DNA from: Myxococcales bacterium
GTDB lineage: Bacteria > Myxococcota_A > Polyangia > Haliangiales > Haliangiaceae
DNA: 64,000 bases
Assembly (NCBI GenBank): GCA_947483555.1
Contig: CANKMW010000015.1
Span: 26,425-90,424 of the forward strand
Direction: 5' to 3'
The notes beneath the pieces were generated by a model. It made no database searches. It was not told the DNA's origin and saw only the letters and a list, made by a program, of their open reading frames with translations. This document shows positions 37,088 to 46,322 of this stretch, in pieces. Positions within the stretch are counted from its first letter, which is position 1; each line of letters opens with the position of its first letter. The position numbers were made by a program, and so were the translations under genes.

Positions 37088-37250
37088 CATACCCCGCAAC
37101 CGCAGCCGCAGCCGCAGCCGCAGCCGCAGCCGCAGCCGCAGCCGCAGCCGCAGCCGCAGCCGCAGCCGCAGCCGCAATCGAAACCGTCGCCGCAATCGAA
37201 ACCGTCGCCGCAATCGAAACCGTCGCCGCAACCGAAACCGTCGCCGCCGC
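37088..37250. repeat. compound hexamer tandem array: (GCAGCC)~14 followed by (GCAATCGAAACCGTCGCC)~4
   Basis: The array is visible directly in the sequence. It lies 9 bp upstream of the start codon of the HEAT-cyclophilin gene on the minus strand, within its 5' leader/promoter. Confidence 0.9.
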
Positions 37251-37284
37251 GGCACCAATCATGTCGATCAGTTCCACCACCGTT

Positions 37285-37339
37285 CACCCTGAGCGAGGCC
37301 GCGCCCTTCGACTCGCCGCTTCGCGGCTCGCTCAGGGTG
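37285..37339. other. strong hairpin (18-bp stem caccctgagcgaggccgcg / cgcggctcgctcagggtg) within an IR-rich intergenic element (37265-37480)
   Basis: A near-perfect inverted repeat was seen by eye. Additional copies of ccttcgactc/gagtcgaagg occur at 37305, 37351 and 37386. Confidence 0.6.
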
Positions 37340-37485
37340 ACCGGTTCACGGCCGAGTCGAAGGGCGCATGTTCGAGGGAGTACGTCCTTCGACTCACGCT
37401 CGCTTGCGCTCGCGTTTCGCTCAGGACGAGCGGAAACGTGGATCAGCTCGATCCCGTGTCGCCACGTGATCGGCACTGCCCTTGG

Positions 37486-37612
37486 CCGAAACCGTCGCCG
37501 AAACCGTGACCGTCGCCGAAACCGCAACCGTAACCGTAACCGTCGCCGAAACCGTAACGGTCGCCGAAACCGTAACCGTCGCCGAAACCGAACCCGTCGC
37601 CGAGACCGAACC
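37486..37612. repeat. period-6/12 tandem array (GAAACCGTCGCC / GTAACCGTAACC variants)
   Basis: gccgaaaccgtcgccgaaaccgtgaccgtcgccgaaaccgcaaccgtaaccgtaaccgtcgcc... is visible in the sequence. Confidence 0.9.
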
Positions 37613-37613
37613 G

Positions 37614-37820
37614 TCAGCCGCCGGCCGGCTTCCGGACCTCGAGATCCCCGCTCTCGGGATGAAACTTCACCTCCCACCGGGTCTCGTCAGCGCCACGAAA
37701 CGCTGCCGTGTGGTCCGTGCTCGACTGCGCCTCGTTGATCAGGAACTTCAGATAATCGCGGTGCTCGGCGGCGAGCGCCTTGAGCGCGGCGACACCGACT
37801 GCGTCTCCGACGACGTGCAT
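37614..37820 (-). CDS. small hypothetical protein (68 aa)
   Basis: The ORF has non-biased composition (MHVVGDAVGVAALKALAAEHRDYLKFLINEAQSS...). No homology was recognised, so the call is weak. Confidence 0.3.
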   Translation of the reverse strand: MHVVGDAVGVAALKALAAEHRDYLKFLINEAQSSTDHTAAFRGADETRWEVKFHPESGDLEVRKPAGG

Positions 37821-37930
37821 GGTTCAAACTAGCGTGCGAGTCGGCGTTGGACAACGGTTCCGTGCCGCGGTTCCCGCATTCGTCCGGTTGCCGCTGATGG
37901 CGATGCCGTGACAACGTCAGGTCGCTCGCC

Positions 37931-39457
37931 GTGTCCGGAAAACAACCCATGCGCACATGCCTGACTCTGTCTCTGCTCATCGGCTCGCTGGTCGCCTGCG
38001 GTGGCAAGAAGGATCCGGCCGGCGGGCCGAACGCCAAGGGCTCGGCACCGACCGCGGGCGACGCGCGGGGAAGTGCCGGGGCGCCCGAGGTTCGGGTCGC
38101 GCCGCTCGCCAAGCCGCTGCCACCGCTCGCCGAATCACCGCCGGGCGCGACCGGCAAGGTCGCGTGGGTATCGAGTCTCGGCGGCACCAAGGTCGACACC
38201 GTTCGCCGGCTCGCGACCGGTGCCGATGGCGCGGTCTACGTCGCCGGTGATTTCGAGATCGAGGCCAGCTTCGGCGCTGCCGGCGATCGCAAGGCGGTCG
38301 GCAAGAGCGATGCGTTCGTCGCCAAGCTCGACGCCAGCGGCGGGTTCGCGTGGGTGACCACCATCGGCGGCAAGAACGAGGATACCGGCAGCGCGGTCGC
38401 CGTCGACGATCAGGGCAACGTCGCCGTCGCCGGGCTGTTCTCGGACCAGGTCACCGCCGGTGAGCTCTCGGGCCAGGCGGCCGGCTCCGACGATCTGTTC
38501 GTGGTCGCCACTGACGCCAGGGGCGAGGTGCAATGGTTGTGGGACGCCGGGGGCATCGCGTCGGATGCGGCGACCGCGATCGTGGCCGCCGGGGACGGCG
38601 GCTGGATCGTCGCGGTCTCGTTCGGCGCCGACCTCACGCTCGGGACCACCGACCTCAAGACCCGCGGCGGCGACGACGCGGCGCTGGTCAAGCTCGACGC
38701 CGGCGGCGTGGTGCAGTGGGTGACCCAGGTCGGCGGCGAGTACCCCGACGAGATCACCCACCTCGATATCGACCCGGCGGGCAACCTCTACGCGCTCGGC
38801 CACTTCAAGGGCACGCTCGAGCTTGGCGGCGCGACGCTCAAGAGCGCCGGCGACGATGATCTGTTCGTGGCCCGCTTCGATGCGGTGGGCAACCCGGTCT
38901 GGAGCGCGCGCATCGGCAACGCGTTCCAGGAGCGCGGCGGCGGGATCACCGTCGACCAGGCCGGCCATGTCGCGGTCACGGGGACGTTCGACAAGGACCT
39001 CGACCTCCTCGGTACGGCGCTGATGTCGAACGGTGAATCCGACGTCTTCGTGGCCCGGCTGTCATCGGACGGCAAGCTGCTGTGGGCGAAGAGCTTCGGC
39101 GGCGAGCGCGCCGATGCCAGCTTCGCGATCGACGCCGACGCCGCCGGCAACCTGGTCATCGGCGGCGGCTTCGAGACGCGCATCGACCTCGGCGGTGGCG
39201 TCCTCAAGACCGCCGGATACATGGACGGCTTCTTCGCCAAGTTCGACGTCGCCGGTGCTCATCTGTGGAGCCGGCGCTGGGGCGGCAAGGACCAGGACGT
39301 CGGCCTGGCAGTGGCGATCGGCGCCGACGGTTCGCCGCTGGTCGCCGGCGCGTATCGCTTCACGCTCGACCTCACGGCCGTGGGCCCGACCGCGGTGCAG
39401 GCCGAGGGCGCCAAGCTGGCCAAGCCCGACGCCTTCGTCGCTCGACTCGAGCGCTGA
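37931..39457 (+). CDS. SBBP-repeat (seven-bladed beta-propeller) lipoprotein
   Basis: The lipobox is LTLSLLIGSLVACGG. Seven or more repeats of the G..D.G.AVAVD..GNVYVAG.F...DAFVAKLDA.G pattern follow. Confidence 0.75.
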   Translation: MSGKQPMRTCLTLSLLIGSLVACGGKKDPAGGPNAKGSAPTAGDARGSAGAPEVRVAPLAKPLPPLAESPPGATGKVAWVSSLGGTKVDTVRRLATGADGAVYVAGDFEIEASFGAAGDRKAVGKSDAFVAKLDASGGFAWVTTIGGKNEDTGSAVAVDDQGNVAVAGLFSDQVTAGELSGQAAGSDDLFVVATDARGEVQWLWDAGGIASDAATAIVAAGDGGWIVAVSFGADLTLGTTDLKTRGGDDAALVKLDAGGVVQWVTQVGGEYPDEITHLDIDPAGNLYALGHFKGTLELGGATLKSAGDDDLFVARFDAVGNPVWSARIGNAFQERGGGITVDQAGHVAVTGTFDKDLDLLGTALMSNGESDVFVARLSSDGKLLWAKSFGGERADASFAIDADAAGNLVIGGGFETRIDLGGGVLKTAGYMDGFFAKFDVAGAHLWSRRWGGKDQDVGLAVAIGADGSPLVAGAYRFTLDLTAVGPTAVQAEGAKLAKPDAFVARLER

Positions 39458-39510
39458 CGTCGGCGGCGCTGCCGATCACCGCGGCGAGGTGACGCACGCC
39501 GCCCGGGGCG

Positions 39511-40932
39511 GTGGCATCATCGCATCGGTCGCGCATGGAGCCCACGGCGTATCCGGTGAACGACTTCGGTCCCGCGATGCGCGGCATGGTGATCGGCGCG
39601 GTCGGGATCCTGCACGTCTTCCTGGCCCAGTTCGCGATCGGCGGCGGCTTCGTGATGACGTACTTCCAGTGGCTGGCCGGCCGCGGTGTGCCCGACGCCC
39701 GCCGCTTCCTGGATAGCTTCTTCACCTACCTGGTGCTGATCAGCTTCGTCACCGGCGCCATGACCGGGGTGGCGATGTGGCTGACGACGATCCAGGTCGG
39801 GCCGCGGACGATCGGCCTGATGGTCGACGAGTTCCACTGGATCTGGGCCACCGAGTGGTGCTGCTTCACCGTCGAGATCGTCGCCGGCTACATGTTCCTG
39901 CGCTTCGGGGCCCGGCTGCCCGACCGCGTGCGCCTGCGCTTGCTGGCGATCTACTCGCTGGCCTCGTTCGGCAGCCTGTTCTGGGTCAACGGCATCCTGT
40001 CGTGGCAGCTCACGCCGGGCGCCTGGGTGGGCAGCGGCGACGTGTGGGCTGGCTTCTTCAACCCCAGCTTCTGGCCGTCGCTGCTGTACCGCACCGCTGT
40101 GGCGAGCACGCTCGGCGCGCTGGCGGCGATCGCGATCATCAACGCGATGGATCTCGATCGGGCCCGCAAGCACGCCCTGATCGCGCGGGCGGCCCGACTG
40201 CTGGTGCCGATGGCGGCGATGCCCTTGCTCGGCCTGTGGTTCGTCGCCGTGATCCCCGCCGACAGCCGGGCCTGGCTCACCGGCGGCAGCGTGGCGATGT
40301 CCATGTTCCTGGCGCTGGCCGCCGGCGCCTCGCTCCTGCTCGGCGCCTACGCCGTGGTCGGCATCTGGTGGCGGCGCATGTTCGTCAGCGGCGCGACCGC
40401 GGCGCTGCTGCTGGCGCTGGCCTTCGGCGCCACCGCCGCCGGCGAGTTCGTGCGCGAAGGCGCGCGCAAGCCGTACACGATCCGCCAGGTGCTGTTCTCC
40501 AACGCGATCGCGCCCGGCGAAGTGGCGCGGCTGCGGCGCGACGGCTCGGTGACCGGCGATCCGTACCCGCTGCGCGACGCCGGCCGCTATCCAACCGAGC
40601 AGCTGGCGCTCGGCGCCCGCGTGGTGCGCCTTCAGTGTCTGGCCTGCCACACCATGAAGGGCGCCAACGCGCTGGTGCACCTCGGCGGCGGCTGGTCGAT
40701 CGAGCAGCTCCGGCTCAACATCGCCAAGCTGCAGCAGACCAAGGCCTTCATGCCGCCGTTCGCCGGGCCGGCGTCCGAGGTCGAGGCGGTCGCCCAGCTC
40801 ATCCGCTGGGAGGCGAGCGGGGCGCCGCGGCAGTGGCCGGTCAGCGACGATCCGGCGGTGCTGGCCCAGATCGCGGGCTGGCTCGACGCTGCCGGCACGT
40901 CGGCGACTCCACCGCAGGTCCGCAAGCCATGA
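39511..40932 (+). CDS. polytopic membrane protein with C-terminal mono-heme c-type cytochrome domain
   Basis: About 9 TM helices are followed by CLACHTMKG, a CxxCH heme-binding site, near the C-terminus. Confidence 0.7.
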   Translation: MASSHRSRMEPTAYPVNDFGPAMRGMVIGAVGILHVFLAQFAIGGGFVMTYFQWLAGRGVPDARRFLDSFFTYLVLISFVTGAMTGVAMWLTTIQVGPRTIGLMVDEFHWIWATEWCCFTVEIVAGYMFLRFGARLPDRVRLRLLAIYSLASFGSLFWVNGILSWQLTPGAWVGSGDVWAGFFNPSFWPSLLYRTAVASTLGALAAIAIINAMDLDRARKHALIARAARLLVPMAAMPLLGLWFVAVIPADSRAWLTGGSVAMSMFLALAAGASLLLGAYAVVGIWWRRMFVSGATAALLLALAFGATAAGEFVREGARKPYTIRQVLFSNAIAPGEVARLRRDGSVTGDPYPLRDAGRYPTEQLALGARVVRLQCLACHTMKGANALVHLGGGWSIEQLRLNIAKLQQTKAFMPPFAGPASEVEAVAQLIRWEASGAPRQWPVSDDPAVLAQIAGWLDAAGTSATPPQVRKP

Positions 40933-41948
40933 GCCTGTTCACCGGTCTCGACGGCGCTGGTGGCTACCTGTTGCTCCTGGTCGTGACCTTCGCGATGCAC
41001 GCGTTGCTGATCGGGTTCGTGCTCGGCGCCGCGGCGTGGGCGACGATGCGCGCGGTGCGCGGTGGCGACGACGTGGTGGCGGCGGCGGCCCGCGACTGGC
41101 TGCCGTTCGCGCTCGGCGCCGCGATCACCGCCGGGGTCGCGCCCCTGCTGCTGGTCCAGGTCCTCTACCAGCACCGCATGTACACGGCGACGCTGCTGCT
41201 GTCGCACCGGTTCATGGCGATCGTCCCGGCGCTGATCGCGGGCTTCTACCTGCTGTACCTGGGCAAGACCGCGCGGGTCGCGGCGTGGGGCCGGGCGCGG
41301 CGGGCGGCGGTGAGCGGCGCTGCCCTGGCCGCGTTCGTGTTCGTGGCCTGGACGTGGATCGAGGAGCACACCCTGGCCGCGGCGGCGCCCGAGGTGTGGG
41401 TGGCCCACTACCGCGACGGCCGACTCGTGCACGGCGATCCGGTGATCGCGCAGCGACTCGTGGTCTGGCTCGGCCTCGCCGCGGCGGCGTTCGCGGTCGG
41501 CGCGGCGTGGCTGACCCGTCGCCGCGCCGAGGCCACCGATCTACGCCGGCTGGGCGTGGTCGGTCTCGGCGGGTTGCTGGTCGCTGCCGGCGGGGTGATC
41601 GCGATCGACCGCGGCGGCAGCGCCAGCGTGCCGGCGCCGGGCATGACCTGGCTCGCGCTCGCGGCCGTGGCCCACGCGGTGGCGGCGCTCGGCTTCGCGG
41701 CGCTGGTCACCGACCGCGCGCGGCTCGGCCGCGGCCTCGCCACCGGCGGCGTGATCGTGCTGTTCGTCGCGGTGAGCGCGGTGCGCGAGGCGAGCCGGGC
41801 AGCGCGGATCGAGTGGCGCAGCACGCTCGTTGGCGCTCAGGGCGTGTTCTTGTTCCTCGGCTTCCTCGCGATCTCGCTCGCGGCGATCGTGTGGTGTGCG
41901 CGCATGGTCCGCGCCCACCTCGGCAGCGAGCCGCCAGCACGCACCTGA
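40929..41948 (+). CDS. hypothetical polytopic membrane protein (translationally coupled to the cytochrome gene)
   Basis: The ATG overlaps the upstream stop (ATGA). There are ~8 TM helices. The first ~380 codons of the six-frame ORF are a frame artefact. Confidence 0.6.
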   Translation: MSLFTGLDGAGGYLLLLVVTFAMHALLIGFVLGAAAWATMRAVRGGDDVVAAAARDWLPFALGAAITAGVAPLLLVQVLYQHRMYTATLLLSHRFMAIVPALIAGFYLLYLGKTARVAAWGRARRAAVSGAALAAFVFVAWTWIEEHTLAAAAPEVWVAHYRDGRLVHGDPVIAQRLVVWLGLAAAAFAVGAAWLTRRRAEATDLRRLGVVGLGGLLVAAGGVIAIDRGGSASVPAPGMTWLALAAVAHAVAALGFAALVTDRARLGRGLATGGVIVLFVAVSAVREASRAARIEWRSTLVGAQGVFLFLGFLAISLAAIVWCARMVRAHLGSEPPART

Positions 41949-41968
41949 CGGCGTTCACGGCCGCCACG

Positions 41969-42511
41969 TCAGCGCGCCGTGAGCGCGTCGACCCCGTCGA
42001 GGGTGGCGGCCAGCGCGTGCACGATGGCCGCGATCCGCACCGCCTCGTGGACGTGAGCCGCGGTCAGCCCGTTCTGGATCACGACCTGCTCGTGCGAGCG
42101 AACGCACGACTCGCAGCCGGTGATGACCGACGCCGCCAGGCACCACAGCTCGAAGTCGACGTGCTCGACCCCGGGATTCCCGATCACCTGCATGCGCAGC
42201 CGCGCCGGCATGGTCTGGTAGCTGCTGGCCTCGCCCATGAAGTGCACGAAGCGGTAGTAGACGTTGTTCATCGCCATGATCGACGCCGCGGCGCGCGCCG
42301 CCTGAGCGGCGGGCTCGTCGAGGTGCGGCGCGGCCGCAGCCGCGATGACGCGGATCACGTCAGCGTTGCGCGCCGCCAGCGCCGAGGCCAGGGCGGTGCC
42401 CCAGCGCTGGCGCGGGGTCAACGCGCCGTCGGCGCCGAGCACGCCGAGGTTGATGCGCAGGTCCCGAGCGTGATCGGGCAGGCGTTCCTTGAGCTGGTCG
42501 AGGGGGTTCAT
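41969..42511 (-). CDS. ahpD: alkylhydroperoxidase AhpD-family (carboxymuconolactone decarboxylase fold)
   Basis: 180 aa containing ITGCESCVRSHE, the AhpD CxxC active site. It is downstream of the peroxiredoxin gene. Confidence 0.85.
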   Translation of the reverse strand: MNPLDQLKERLPDHARDLRINLGVLGADGALTPRQRWGTALASALAARNADVIRVIAAAAAPHLDEPAAQAARAAASIMAMNNVYYRFVHFMGEASSYQTMPARLRMQVIGNPGVEHVDFELWCLAASVITGCESCVRSHEQVVIQNGLTAAHVHEAVRIAAIVHALAATLDGVDALTAR

Positions 42512-42528
42512 GGCGGGGTCCTTCGGGC

Positions 42529-43068
42529 TCAGGCCGCGTTCAGGGTCGACTGACCCTTCTGCCAGTTGCACGGGCACAGCTCGTCGGTCTGCAGCGCGTC
42601 GAGGACGCGCAGCACCTCGGCCGGGTTGCGGCCGACGTTCATGTCGGTGACCTCGACGAAGCGGATGACCCCGGCTGGATCGACGATGAAGGTGGCGCGG
42701 CGGGCGACGCCCTCGGCGGGGTCGAGGACGCCGAGCGCGGTCGACAGGTCGCGGCGCAGATCCGACAGCATCGGGAACGGCAGGCCTCTGAGATCGGGGT
42801 GCTGGTCGCGCCAGGCCAGGTGCACGAACTCGCTGTCGGTCGAGGCGCCGACCAGCTGGGCGTCGCGGTCGCGGAAGTCGGGGTCGACCTTCGCGAAGCC
42901 GGCGATCTCGGTCGGGCACACGAAGGTGAAGTCCTTGGGCCAGAAGAAGTAGACCTTCCACTTGCCCGCGAAGCTGGCGTCGGTGAGGTTGGCGAACTGC
43001 TTGCCGGGCTCGCTGGAGACCACGGCCGTGGCCGAGAAGGTGGGGAATCGATCGCCGATGGTGAGCAT
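42529..43068 (-). CDS. ahpC: peroxiredoxin (AhpC/TSA family)
   Basis: FTFVCPTEI carries the peroxidatic Cys in a T/SxxC motif and a resolving Cys is near the C-terminus. The thioredoxin fold is conserved, including VYFFWPKDFTFVCPTE. Confidence 0.9.
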   Translation of the reverse strand: MLTIGDRFPTFSATAVVSSEPGKQFANLTDASFAGKWKVYFFWPKDFTFVCPTEIAGFAKVDPDFRDRDAQLVGASTDSEFVHLAWRDQHPDLRGLPFPMLSDLRRDLSTALGVLDPAEGVARRATFIVDPAGVIRFVEVTDMNVGRNPAEVLRVLDALQTDELCPCNWQKGQSTLNAA

Positions 43069-43186
43069 GGTCGCTGGCTCCTGGTGCCGCTGCGGCGGCG
43101 CGGTTGGTGAAGCCAGGATGCGGTCGGGCGTGTGATAAGGCCAATCTCATGGTGATATGGGTGTGATAAGGTGAAGCTATCAAGAG

Positions 43187-44107
43187 ATGAGCCTCGCTCC
43201 GACCCTCCGCCAGCTCGAGTACGTGGTCGCGATCGCCGATCATCGGAGCTTCCGCCGTGCCGCCGCGGCGTGCGCGGTGACCCAGCCGGCGCTCAGCGCC
43301 CAGCTCGCCCATCTCGAGGCCATGCTCGGCGTCCAGATCTTCGAGCGTGATCGACGCAAGGTGCTGGTCACGCCGACCGGCACCGAGATCGTCGCCCGCG
43401 CGCGGGCGACCCTGGTCGCCGCCGCCGCGGTCGTCGACGTGGCGCGCACGGCGGCCCAGCCGCTGTCGGGGACGCTCCGGCTCGGTGTCATTCCGACCAT
43501 CGCGCCCTATCTGTTGCCCGCCGTGCTGCCGGCGGTGCGCGCGGCGTATCCGCGGCTGCGCCTGGTGCTGCGCGAGGAGCAGACCGCGCCGCTGCTCGCC
43601 CAGCTCGACGACGGCCGGCTCGACGCCGGGGTGCTCGCGCTGCCGGTGCCCGGCGATCTGGCCGCGCTGTCGCTCTACCGCGAGGACTTCGTGCTGGCGG
43701 CGCCGACCTCGCACCGGCTGGCGCGGCGCGCGCGGCTGCGCGAGGACGATCTCGACGGCGAGGCGGTGCTCTTGCTCGAGGACGGCCACTGCCTGCGCGA
43801 TCAGGCACTGGCGGTGTGCGGCCACGCCGGCTCGCACGAGGTGACCGAGCTACGGGCGACCAGCCTGCCGACGCTGGTGCAGATGGTGGCGAGCGGGCAG
43901 GGCGTGACGCTGCTCCCCGAGATGGCGGCGGCGGTGCTCGCCGCCCGCGGCAGCGGCGTGATGACCGCGCGGTTCGCCCCGGCGCCGGGCCGCGACGTCG
44001 GCCTGGTGTGGCGGATGTCGTCGGCGCGCGGCCGCGAGCTGGGACTGCTCGCCGACGTGGTGCGCGCGCAGGCGGTGCGGCACCTGGCGGCAGGGCGCAA
44101 GCGCTGA
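43187..44107 (+). CDS. oxyR: LysR-family transcriptional regulator, OxyR-like (divergent from ahpC)
   Basis: The N-terminal HTH is LRQLEYVVAIADHRSFRRAAAACAVTQPALSAQLAHLE. A LysR substrate-binding domain follows. Redox Cys candidates are GHCLRDQALAVCGHAG. The divergent arrangement with ahpC matches a typical OxyR locus. Confidence 0.8.
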   Translation: MSLAPTLRQLEYVVAIADHRSFRRAAAACAVTQPALSAQLAHLEAMLGVQIFERDRRKVLVTPTGTEIVARARATLVAAAAVVDVARTAAQPLSGTLRLGVIPTIAPYLLPAVLPAVRAAYPRLRLVLREEQTAPLLAQLDDGRLDAGVLALPVPGDLAALSLYREDFVLAAPTSHRLARRARLREDDLDGEAVLLLEDGHCLRDQALAVCGHAGSHEVTELRATSLPTLVQMVASGQGVTLLPEMAAAVLAARGSGVMTARFAPAPGRDVGLVWRMSSARGRELGLLADVVRAQAVRHLAAGRKR

Positions 44108-44118
44108 CGACACCGCGA

Positions 44119-44158
<40 letters not shown>

Positions 44159-44199
44159 TCAGCGAGCGCACGTGATCGGGTGATCGCGACGGGGCCGGT

Positions 44200-45408
44200 T
44201 CAGAAGCGGCCGGCGATGCCGAGGCCGGCGCCGTGCGGCATCGCGATGGGCACGACGTGGTGGTCGAGCGCTGCCAGGCTGCGATAGCGAGTGTCGGGGC
44301 GCATGTTGCGGGTCAGGCGGGCGCCGAGGAGCAATCCGCCCCACGCGCCGCCGAGGGTGAGGCCGGCGGCGACCCGAGCCTCGGTGTCGCCGTTGTCGCT
44401 CTCGCCGTCGCCGAACAGCAGCACGCCGGTGGCGAGGCCGCCGAGACCGCCCAGCAGCGCGCCGAGCCAGACCAGGCGGGCGCGACCGGCTGACCAGGTC
44501 AGATCGCGGCCGAGCACCAGCCCGGCGGCGGCGCCGGCGTCGAGCCCGCCGGCCATGGCGATGAGGACGTTGTCGGGGTCGTCGATGTCGGGCAGCGTGA
44601 CGATGAGCCCGAGGCCGACGGTGGCGACGCCCATGGTCGCCATCGTGCCGGCGAACGAGACCTGGCCGCGAGTCGGCTTCCGGGTGTGGCCGTAGTAGAA
44701 GCCGGCGCCGGCGGCGAGCGCCATGCCGCCGAAGATCGTCGTCTGCCACTGCTCCGAGGTCGAGGCTCCGAACGGCTCGGCGAGCAGGAGTCCGTTGGCC
44801 GCGCCCAGCAGCATGCCGAGGCTGTAGGCCTCGGCCGTGCCGCCGCTGATGGTGCGGCCCCTGGTGCCGTACAGGCTGGCGAGGAAGCCGAGGCCGGTGG
44901 TGCCGACGATGATGCCGGTGACCGCGCGCGCGTCGCTGGTGTCGGCGAGATCGGAGAACACGACGCCGGCGTAGATCGAGGCCAGCGTGCTGGTGACGAT
45001 GATCCCGGCCCGCCCTTCGTCGGGATCCTCGCGGTCGCCGTGGGGCGGCGGCGTGGTCGTCGTGGCGCCGAGCACGATCCGGCCCTGGCGGGCGGCGAGC
45101 TCGTCGGCGAGGCGGCCGAGCTCGCGGGCCGCGCCGCGCAGCTCGGGATCGGTGGCGCTGGCCGCGGCCGCGGCGAAGCCGGCGCTGGCGGCGGCGAGGT
45201 CGTTGGCGAGCAAGGCGGCGAAGGCGTGCTGGTAGATGGCGGTGACATCGGGCGGCGGTGCGGGAAGCCGCTCCTGCTCGGGTGGTGGCGGCGGCCCGGG
45301 CGGCGGGGACGGAGCCGGCGCGGGTGCCGGCGCACCGGGTTGCGCGGCGACCGGGGACGCGACGAGGAGCAGGGTGGCGAGGGCGACGAGCGGCGTGCGC
45401 GGCAGCAT
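44200..45408 (-). CDS. hypothetical secreted/membrane protein (Pro-rich N-terminal region, Gly-rich hydrophobic repeats)
   Basis: The signal peptide is MLPRTPLVALATLLLVASPVAAQP. A PAPAPAPSPPPGPPPPP tract is followed by multiple G/A-rich hydrophobic segments. The C-terminus is ...GIAGRF. Confidence 0.5.
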   Translation of the reverse strand: MLPRTPLVALATLLLVASPVAAQPGAPAPAPAPSPPPGPPPPPEQERLPAPPPDVTAIYQHAFAALLANDLAAASAGFAAAAASATDPELRGAARELGRLADELAARQGRIVLGATTTTPPPHGDREDPDEGRAGIIVTSTLASIYAGVVFSDLADTSDARAVTGIIVGTTGLGFLASLYGTRGRTISGGTAEAYSLGMLLGAANGLLLAEPFGASTSEQWQTTIFGGMALAAGAGFYYGHTRKPTRGQVSFAGTMATMGVATVGLGLIVTLPDIDDPDNVLIAMAGGLDAGAAAGLVLGRDLTWSAGRARLVWLGALLGGLGGLATGVLLFGDGESDNGDTEARVAAGLTLGGAWGGLLLGARLTRNMRPDTRYRSLAALDHHVVPIAMPHGAGLGIAGRF

Positions 45409-45439
45409 GCGCAGATCGTAGCCCACTCGCGCACCCACC

Positions 45440-46234
45440 TCACAATTCCAGGATCCGCTGCAAGCGCGGTCGGCCGTAGTCGGCGCCACCGGTGAGGACG
45501 CGGAGGTTGGGCAGGATCTCGGTCTCGCCGGCGCCGTGGGTGTGACCGCACAGCACCGTCGCCCGTGCGCCCGGGTGGGCGGCGAGCGCGGCGCGCAACG
45601 TCTCGCCGGTGGCGGCGCAGGTGAAGAACGGCAGCCAGTCGTCGTTCGAGATGGCGCCGTCGTGCCAGCACGCGCCGCGGAACGGCGGCACGTGGGTGGC
45701 GACCACGACGTGCTCGGCCCACGTCAGCGCCTCGGCGAGCAACGGCGTTAGCGTGGTGGCGGATTCGTCGCCGAGCTCGGCGAGCCGCGTCCGCAAGGTT
45801 CCGCGCGGGAGGCGGGCCAGCTCCTCGATCAGGAAGAAGTCGTTGAGCTGGACCGGGCTGCGCGCGAAGTCGCCGAGGCGAGCGTCGCCCCAGCCGTCGA
45901 CGCCGATCAGCGCGACGGTCGGGCCGAGGCGCACGACGCCAGCGGCCGGGAGCCAGGCCGGGCCGCCGCCGCGCCCGCTGTTCTCCGCCGCTCGCGCGCG
46001 CACCTCCGCGATCGAGCCGCGATAGAAGTCGTGATTGCCGAGCACGAACCAGAGCGGGGCGCCGATCGCGACCCCGAGCTCGTCGAGCAGCCCGAGCACC
46101 GTGGGCGCGGTCGCGACGTCGCCGGTCACGACCACGCCGTCGGGACGCTCGGCACGCACCGCCGCGGCCAGCGCTGCACGCTCCGCCGGGTCCACGAAGT
46201 CGAGATGGATGTCTGTCAACCAGGCCAGCCGCAC
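45440..46234 (-). CDS. metallophosphoesterase (calcineurin-like phosphoesterase)
   Basis: Motifs are LTDIHLD, VVVTGDVA, GNHDF and CGHTHG. Confidence 0.8.
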   Translation of the reverse strand: MRLAWLTDIHLDFVDPAERAALAAAVRAERPDGVVVTGDVATAPTVLGLLDELGVAIGAPLWFVLGNHDFYRGSIAEVRARAAENSGRGGGPAWLPAAGVVRLGPTVALIGVDGWGDARLGDFARSPVQLNDFFLIEELARLPRGTLRTRLAELGDESATTLTPLLAEALTWAEHVVVATHVPPFRGACWHDGAISNDDWLPFFTCAATGETLRAALAAHPGARATVLCGHTHGAGETEILPNLRVLTGGADYGRPRLQRILEL

Positions 46235-46239
46235 GAGCC

Positions 46240-46322
46240 GATCCTGACAAATAATATAGTAAATTCATACATATATAACTATCCTTATTGACAGTGTCAT
46301 ATAACAGTGTCAGATTGAACGG
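46240..46322. promoter_or_regulatory. AT-rich divergent promoter region with tandem palindromic operator-like sites (TTGACAGTGTCA tataa CAGTGTCAG)
   Basis: An ~80-bp AT-rich island sits in a ~70% GC genome. TTGACA is followed by two copies of the ACAGTGTCA palindrome-like element, directly upstream of the MerR-like gene's GTG start. Confidence 0.5.
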
